DNA from: a virus
Taxonomy: Duplodnaviria > Caudoviricetes
DNA length: 55,782 nt
Virus record (IMG/VR): IMGVR_UViG_3300031788_000021
Span: 1-55,782 of that record
Strand: one strand, 5' to 3'
Shown: piece by piece, positions 7,568-16,500 of the stretch
Layout: every line of letters begins with the position of its first letter
Position numbering within the stretch: position 1 is the first letter of the stretch
Program-made: the position numbers and the translations under genes
Notes under the pieces: generated by a model
Seen by the model: the letters and a program-made list of their open reading frames with translations, nothing else
Database searches by the model: none
Told to the model about the DNA's origin: nothing

Positions 7568-10500
7568 GTGGCGGACCTGTTCGGACGCTGGCGCGCGCGC
7601 CTGGCCCTCGGGGGAGACCCCGGGGGTCAGGCCGCGCCGTTGCCCAGCGCCACAAATAATCCTGATGGGTTAGCCGAACCAGAGTCTCCGAGCGCATGGA
7701 GCGGGTATGGAGACATAGGGTGGATCGGCCCGAGCGGGAATTACTACCACATCAATTACTTGACGGAGCACATGGTGTGGCTCCGCTCCCAGGGAATAAA
7801 AAAACCGGATGGTTGGGTCCGCGTCGTCTCCGCTCCGGGGGTGTCCGAACTCGGACTTGACGTAAAGGGAGAAGGTGAGCCCAATGCCAACCAATGGGCG
7901 ACGATGGAGGAGTCGGTCAGGGAGTGCGGTGAAGACGCGGAGGTCTGGGTCGAGTATCCCAGCCGGTTCGCAAAATTTGTGGCCGGAGATTTTACGGACT
8001 CGGGAAAGACCCTGAAGGATTTCTGCTCTGGCGCTGTCAAATCGGACAAGGGTCTGGGCATATTGGAGCGCTTGGCCGCGCCGTCGTTTGAGGACGGCCT
8101 AACCGCCGCGACCCGCGAACTCGTGGTCCAAGTTCTTATGGAGAACGGCGACCAGATGCTCCAGGGCGCTCTTTACGACAAGGTCGCTGCCGACCTCGTT
8201 CGGGTCTGGTCCTCCACGGGGCGTCCCCCGATAAGTTTCGAGAGCGCCAAAATCTACGCCCAGTCCGCAGTCGACATGCTATTCGAGGTCCACCGCATCG
8301 ACCGAGAGGGAGAACCCGGGACCGAGGGCATGGTCTACCTCCAGTCTGATTTGCAGATGCTCGCGGATCAGATATACGGCATGATCTATTGGAACAAGGA
8401 CCCGATGACGCTGGAGCAGATCACCGCCGCGATGAAGGACTCCGTGAGGCGGGGCCGGACTCCGCAGGCGTACGATAACCAGCAGATAGACGGCGCCATA
8501 AACTCGGCCCTGAACTACCTGATAGACGACGAGCACCGGGTGAAGGTCACGGAGCACGGCTTCGTGGCCGCAGATGCACCGAAGATCACGGTCGACGAGG
8601 CCCAGAAGGGAGAGTTCCAGCCGAAGCCAGGATCGACGCCGGTTCAGGACGTGCTCCGGAAGACGAAGTTCGTCGACCCCGAGAAGGAAAAAAATCGGCT
8701 GCTCGACGAGTTCTCGCAGGGCAAGATCACGAGAGAGGTCCTCGACCAGAAGATGCGGCAGCTTCAGGCGTCTTTCCGCGATCGCTGGCTGCGCCGCGCC
8801 GAGAACCCGTTCCAGAGCCTGGACGACCTGAAGACGATGAAGCAGATGCAGCAGGCTGGCTGGGGCCTGTTCGTATCTGGCGGCGCCTACTTCGTCATCG
8901 AGCCCGGGCAGTCGCAGCCCCGCCGGGTCTCGGTCAAGGAACTGCGGAGCATCATGCAGAGCTTCCGCTCCGCGCCCTCGGGTCCGGCGGGCGACGACTA
9001 CGCCACGGGCTACGCCCTGGGCAAGGCCTACACCGACGGCTGGTCGATGAGTGACATCTTCAACCTCGACCCGATGGAGACCCTAGAGATGGCGGGCCAC
9101 ATGTTCGCCGTCTGCGAGAAGGGTGAGCCGGGCGCGAGGCTGATGCCAGCCGAAGGCGAGGGCGGCAAGGTCGTCAAGCAGTGGTTGAAACCGCACCCCA
9201 TCGGCGTGTCCTACTCCCAGGCCAAGGACAAGAAGTCGTTCGAGCGCGGGTTCCGCGCGGGCTGGGCTGCCGGAGAGACCAAAGAGGACAAGGCCTACCG
9301 TAAGCACCAGAAGCAGCCTAAGACCAAGAAGCCAGCGCCCGCTCCGCAGCCCAAGGAGAAGGTCAACCCCGAAGACCCCTTCTGCGCTGGCTTCAACCCG
9401 ACCAAGGAGTACGTCGACGTAGACGAGGGCGTCGAGGAGGGCCAGCCCGGTTACCGGAAGCCCGTCTCCTACTGCATCTGCGGCCACGCCCCATCCAGCC
9501 ACGAGGGCTGGACTCCGGAGTGGAAGCCGGGGATGCCCCTGGGCGGCTGCCAGTCCTGCGGCACGATCGGGGATGAGGAGGGCGACGACGGCTTCAGCGA
9601 GGCCTCGCTCAAGTCCCGCTGGTTCCGCCGCGCTTCTTCCAACAGCAATCTTGGGAAGTGGTTCAAGATCACCGGAGAACTCCGGGTCTGGGCGCGGGTC
9701 CCCAAGGACCGGGATGAGAAGGTCCCGACCATCGTCCTCCCCGTGGGTACGGAAGTTATGGTCATGCTGAAGGCCGAGATGCAACTTGGCCACCTCATGG
9801 CCATGTGGATTAGTTGGCCGAATCAAAAGGTTGAAGGAGTCGACCCAGGAGACGGCGAGGGCGTCGTCCGCTGCGAGGATTTCTACCGCGCTGCGGTGCC
9901 CATAGACAACTCTGCCAATTACCAGGGCCTGGTGGTCAAGAGCATCGAGTGGAAGAACTCGGACAAGACCCTGGGCTACGCCAGGTGGGGGACGAAGCGC
10001 GTCAGTGGTGGCGTGGCCTTCGCCATCGACGCCGGTGGCTCAGTCGTTTTCCTTGAAAGTCTGGACGATCCCGAGTCGGTGATCGCCGACTTCCAGCCTG
10101 AGGAGCTGCGCGCTCCCCTGACCGAGGCGATTCAGGCCGAGACGTTGCCCAAGGGCGAGCGCCCGGGCCAGATGAGGACCACGGACGTCCCCGTCGTCGA
10201 CCCCGAGCGGGAGAAGAACCGGCTGCTCGACGAATTCTCGACGGGGAAGATCACGCGCGAGGACCTCGACCGGAAGATCAGGATGCTGGAGGCGTCGTTC
10301 AGAGCCCGGTGGTTCCGGCGCGCTGTGAAGAAGATGGATCGATCGCCATCGGTATTCGTCTTCGGCGACAATGGCTGGATCATGCCAGATGGAAAGTTTT
10401 ATGCCCTCATGGAAGAGGAGGTTCATGAAGATTTCCTTGTAAAAAATAAGCTGAAGCCAGAGGGGCTGGTTCGGGTGTCGACCTTGGCGATTCAGAATAT

Positions 10501-13500
10501 CATGCTGAATGCCGAGGATCAGCTTAACCTAAATTTCAAGGGTGAGGGCACGGTTGAACAGTGGTCAGCGGCAACGAACATGGTTATGTCCGTTGGAGAA
10601 AAAGATGGGGTGGTCGTGGAGGGCCCTGGGTTCGGAGACGTATTCTACAGAAAAGAATTTGAGGAGTCGGGCCAGACTCTTCGAGACCAAGTAACCGGCA
10701 GAGATCGATCCGCTTCGTTTAAGTCCAAGTGGTTCGAGCGCCGGGCCGACATCGAGACCCGGATTCCGATCCTGATAAAGCAGTTCTTCCCCGACGCCGA
10801 TCCGAAGCGGGCCGAGGCCCGCATCCGCGAACTCGCGGCCATCGACCCCACCGGGAAGCAGGGCAAGTACTTGACCTGGCTCCTGAAGAACGAGGTCGAT
10901 CCCGGGACCGGGACCGCCGAGGACCTGCGCGACCTCCTCGCCGTCTACGACAAGGCCAAGTCCAAGGCCAAGTTCCCGGCTCAGTACCGGGACATCAACA
11001 GGATTCTCCCCCAGGACCTGAAGAAGATCGTGGACGAGCACGGGGCGGTTTTGTCCCAGCGCGAACTCGAACTCGCGGGTCAGAAGGTCGTCCGCGACGA
11101 TCACGACTGGAAGATCACGGAGATCACGAGCCCGGCCTCGGCCTCGGCGCTGCTCAAGGGCCGGGACTGGTGCGTCAAGGACCCCAGGTTCTCGGAGCAA
11201 TACCTGGCCGACGGGCCCCTCTACCTCGTCGAGGACAAGTCCGATGGCGAGGATTACCTGATCCACCCCGGACGCGGGGAGGTCAAGGACGAGGAGAACA
11301 ATACCCCGGTCTTGCAGGCTCCGAGGCTCAAGCTGAGCCTAGGTGACGACCCGCACGTGGGCCGCGCGATCGAGCATATGGAGGTCGACGTCGAGGACAT
11401 CCTGCGCGGTATGGGCGACGGCGACTACGAGGCCTCGGACATACCGACGAACGAACTGGACACCGCGCTCGGCCTCTGCATGGAAGAATACGAGTCATAT
11501 GGATACCTCATCTGGAATGTCGTTAGCGAGATGAAGGAGCGCGACATCTCAAGTCTGATCTCGCAGTATATGTGGGCGCGCGGCACCGCTCCAGGGCAGA
11601 AACGTAAAGGGGAACCGAATCAAGCCCAAGAGGACCTGATCCAGGCTCTGCCCATTGAAGAATTCAGCGAGGCCGTCCTGGCCTCGGGCAACGCCAAGCT
11701 CATGGCGGAATTCGCGGTCAAAATCCTGAACAGCCGCTGGCCCCAGGCCGAGCCCAAGATTATGGCCAACGAAGACGCCCGGATAGCGTACACGGACAGG
11801 TTCCCAGAGGAAGAGGCCCTGGTCCCCATGTACCGGCAGCCTCCTCCGGGGGCGCCGAAGCCGGAGCCGACGGAACCCGCAGCCCGCGAGACCGAGGAAC
11901 AGACAGAGGAGTTGCCCTTGGTCGACGCCCCGAAGCCTGGGCCCGGCGAGCCCGGGCACGTGTGGGAGCGGTCGATGCAGGTGCTCAAGGACGACCTGGA
12001 GCAGGGTCAGACCGACCCCGAGAGATACGAGACCAAGCGCCGCCAGATCATGTTCAGGCCCTGGAAGCTGCGGATGAAGGACTACGTCGACCCCGCTTCC
12101 CTGAGCCGGGAGAAGCTGGAGAACACCGAGCCCGAGGCCCTGGAGGAGTACCTGAAGCAGAACAAGGACGACCTCGCGCCCTGGTACAAGAACCTCCCCT
12201 ACGGGTCCAAGTCCGAGTTCACGGCCAGGCTCTTCGGGCGCTGGCTCCGCCGCGCCGCCGCCGACGAGCCCGAGGACGCCCCGGAGTTGACGACCGAGCA
12301 GAAGGTCCAGGCCCTGCTCTACGAGATCGCGCGCGACAACGAGGTCGCGGGCTGGATTCCCGACCCGGACGAACTGATCCGCGAGGTCACGAACTTCCTA
12401 GCCAATGAGGCTGGGGTCGACTACGATCAGGTTGACCGCAAGTGGGTCGAGGGCATGGTCGCCAAACTGGAGTACCCCGGTTGGCGCGCCTACCCCGACC
12501 CCAAGGCCGACCTGCCGCCCGGGATCAAGCTCAACTCCTTCCGAGACCGTTGGCTCCGTCGCGCCAGTGTCACTCCTGAAGGCAAGTGCCCCGCGTGCCA
12601 CAAGGCTCCCGGGCCCGGACGCTGCGAGCAGTGCACTGCCGAGAACAGGTTCCCGCACAATAGCGATGGTCGGATCGAGGTTGTCGAAGATGAGGGTATG
12701 GGCACTGTCAAGGCCATAGTCTGCGACTGGTGCGGGAAGAACTTAGCCTACTTCGACAAGGATACCCCGGACAGGGAGTGCGTTGGCTACTGCACTGAGT
12801 GCAATGATAACCCAGAGGTCCAGGCTGCCTGTGATGCGCTCCTCGCCGGACTCGGTATGGAGATGACTCCGGAGGGTCTCATGCAGGGAGAGCCCGTGGA
12901 GGACACGAGGATGATGGTGTCCGACGTCCCTTCCATGTCATCGGCGGATAAAAACAATGCCCTTAACAAACTCTTGGACCAGCATGAGAAGGCGGACCCC
13001 GAGACGAAGAAGATGCTGGAAGTGAAGATGCGGGAGTTGATGGGGAGTCGCTCTTGCTGGCTCCGCCGGTCCGCTCGGGCCAAGGCCCTGGTCCTCGACC
13101 CCCAGGTCTCGGTGGATCAGGAATTGATGGACCAGTACCTGGCCGTGGTCAAGAAGATGATCGATCATCCGGAGTCGGCGCAGGTCATCGAGAGTCAGAG
13201 GGTGGACCTCCACAACCGCCTGCGCGAGGACGCGCGGGTGCGGTTGCTGCGCAGGACCAGGGCCGAGGACACGGACCCGGGGTGGGACGACGACGTCTTC
13301 TTCCCCGTGGTGGAGAAGTTCGTGGAGGGCGTGCTCGGCTCTGAGGACTTCAACCGCTTCCTACAGGTATGGGATACGGCGAGCGAGCTGCGCGAGACCC
13401 GTCGCGCCTCCGACGCTTCGGTGCCCACCCCCTCCTCCAACCCCGATCACGATATAGCGCTCTACAACCTCCAGGACTCCGAGATTGAGCCGCTGCCCAA

Positions 13501-16500
13501 GCAGATTTGGGACGGGTACGAGCAGGCCAACTACCTCGGGATCGCGCTTGAGTGCTCCGGCGACATCTTCCGCGAACTCGTGGGCTGGAACGTCTGCGAG
13601 GGCTACGTCGGGGAGAAGACGCGGCGGATCAGGGTCTACTGGGACCGGCTGTTCCGACCGATAGAGCCCGAGGCTGAGGCCCTCTGCAAGCAGCTGGTCG
13701 CGCTGTGGTCGGGGATGGACTTGAACGGGAAGAGCCCGAGGCTGCTGGCGGTTCGGGCCCTGAACGTCGCGCTCGCGGCCCACGACAAGGCCGGGGCTGA
13801 AGCGGCGCTGAGTCAGGTCGAGGCCGGGAAGAAGAAGGCCTACTTCCGTAATCGCTGGCTCCGGTGCTTGGCCAAGGTATCTGATAATATCGGGGACGGG
13901 CTCGAATGGAGGCCCTCGAAAAAATGGCCCCCCAAGCCAGGTGACAGATACTTCTTCGAGTACCACTGCGAGGAGAGCGAGGGGTCGGCTGACGCTGAGT
14001 TGTGGCACCGCACACACCAGCCAGTTGAGGTCCTGGCAGTAGACGAGCCCAGTACCCCCGAGGGTGAGGCAGACGGAATCTTTGGCGCCTACACGATCAA
14101 GTTCCTGGATGGTTTTGAGGGATGCGCTGTCGGGGACGAACTCCTTGACTCCCCTGAACAATACGTCCGGCCCGATTATCGATCATCCCGCCGCGCCTCC
14201 TCGTCCAAGCGCAAGAAGTCCAAGAAGGGCACCGAGACCTTCAATGGCTTGGAGATCGCGATCGAGTTCTACCCCGGAGACCAGAAGACCTGCGACAGCG
14301 GCGACGTCGTGGACTATGATGACTTCTACGGCGAGGTCAAGGGCACGCAGACGATAGCCGACGGCGAGCCCGTCGACGTCTACCTGGCCGAGGACGCCCA
14401 CGGCAACGACGATCGCCCGGTCTTCGTCATCCACCAGCTGAAGAAGGACAAGTCCTACGACGAGGACAAGGTCATGCTCGGCTTCGTTGATGAGGCTGCG
14501 GCCATGAAGTGCTACGAGACCTCGGGTCCGCCCTGGGGCTTCGGGAGCCTCGATACCATGACCTGGGACCAGTTCCTCAACGGCTACCTCAAGAGTCACC
14601 AGTCCGCAGAGGACATGGGCGCCAAGTCCATGCCCGAGATCAAGGCCAGGTGGATGGCGCGCCGCGCCAGCAACAACGAGCAGAAACTGCTCAGGGAACT
14701 CGTCTGCACCGTGATCGGCTCCGACTCCATGACGGTCAACGAAGCCGTGCTCCCGGCGGGAACCGTCGTCGGCGTGCAGCCCCAGAGCAACGACCACACC
14801 ATCTTCTTCTACAGCCCACTCTACTCTCGGATGATCGAGCACGGAAAGACGTGGCGCAGCAACCAGTATGCCGCAAGCGTCGAGGATTTCCGCGCGGCCA
14901 CGGACATCGGGTACGGCGAGGGCACGGGCTACGAGCATGGCCCCGAGTGCTTCTGCGACGAGTGCATGGCGAAGGACGACCTCTTCACCCATCGCTGCCC
15001 GAGCTGCGGCAGCCGGGAGTGCCCAGGGGACGGCGACACCATCGACTGCCGCAAGCCCGGGACGATGACCCCGGAGGACGTCCCGGTGGAGACCCGCGAC
15101 AGCCTGCTCGACCGCTTCAACCGTGGTGAGATCGACGAGAAGGAGCTGCGCCGCCGCATGAAGCAGATTTCCATCCTTGTTCGGTGGATGCGGCGGCGCG
15201 CCAATGGCGAAACCTGGCGCTGCACTAGCTGCGATTTTGAGACTAATTCAGACGGATGGGCACAAGAGCACGCGGAGGAAACTGGTCACAGTATAGTTAG
15301 TCAGGGCAGGAAAGAGGAGACCCAACAAGATCATCTGGCGGGCCAGATATTATTTGCAGTCGAGCGCGACCTATCCCGTAACGGTCCCATGAAAGAGAGC
15401 GTCCTCAAGGCGGAGATGATGCGCCCCTGGGATGGTGTCGATAAAGAATTTTTTGATCTAGTTTTCAATAAGGCTCTGGCGATCCTTAATAAGTCTGGGA
15501 AGATTGAATTTAATCCATCGACCGACTCCTGGCAGATCAAGGGGGAGGTCCCGATCGCGAGTCTCCCTGAGTCCCCATCTGAGGTCCCGACTTTTAAGGG
15601 GCGTCAGCGGGAGATCGTGATCGACAAGCTGCTCGACCGCTGGAGCAAGGAACCCGGCGCACGCCCGCAGATCGAAGAGCAGTTGAGATCGTTGCGGGCG
15701 TTTAAGGCCTTATTCATGATGCGGCGCCGGGCCGTCGCCGACTACGAACTCCGGGTTGAACTCTGGTGCGGTCACAACGAGAATCTGCCCGTGGCGCGCG
15801 AGCGCTACCGTAAGGCCAAGGCCGTGGCTGACCAGTTTGGAGTTAGGTTCTGGTCCGAGGAGCACGATGAGGACAGGGACAACGTCTACGCCGACGGCTA
15901 CATCTACCCGACGACCAGGAATATCTTGGACGTCCTGTCCGCCTTGGATGCGGTTGGGGTCGAGTACGACAATGTCGATCTCCCGCAGGAACTTGAAGGG
16001 TCGACGATATACCGGGCGGTACGGGGCGCGATGCCCCGGAGTGTCGACGTCAACATCGGTACGATTCCAGCACGGATGGCGTCCTCCCGCGATCGGTGGA
16101 TGCGGCGCCGCGCTTCCCCCCTGGACGACCCCTCCAAGGACGTCAACGTCGACGGCTACATGCTGCGCCCCGAGGAGATGTCCGAGCCCTACTGGATCAA
16201 CGCCTGGATCAGCCCCAGTGGGAAGTTCTGCCCTATGGTCGGCATCAACCACGAGGACTTCATCGTCGAGCGCACAATCAGCGAGTTGATCGCCGAGGGC
16301 TGGATCAGGTTCGTGGCCGCAGAGTCCGGGACCGCGATCATCGACACGATCGCGGAGCCGACGTCGGCGCAGATGCCGGTGGTCGAGGCCCTGTTCTTCA
16401 TGTCCCCGGTCAAGACCCTAGAGATGGGGGTCGGCGATGACGAGGACTGGGGCTCGTTCTCGACCGTGTCCAAGATCACGGAGAACGATTTGAATGGCGG

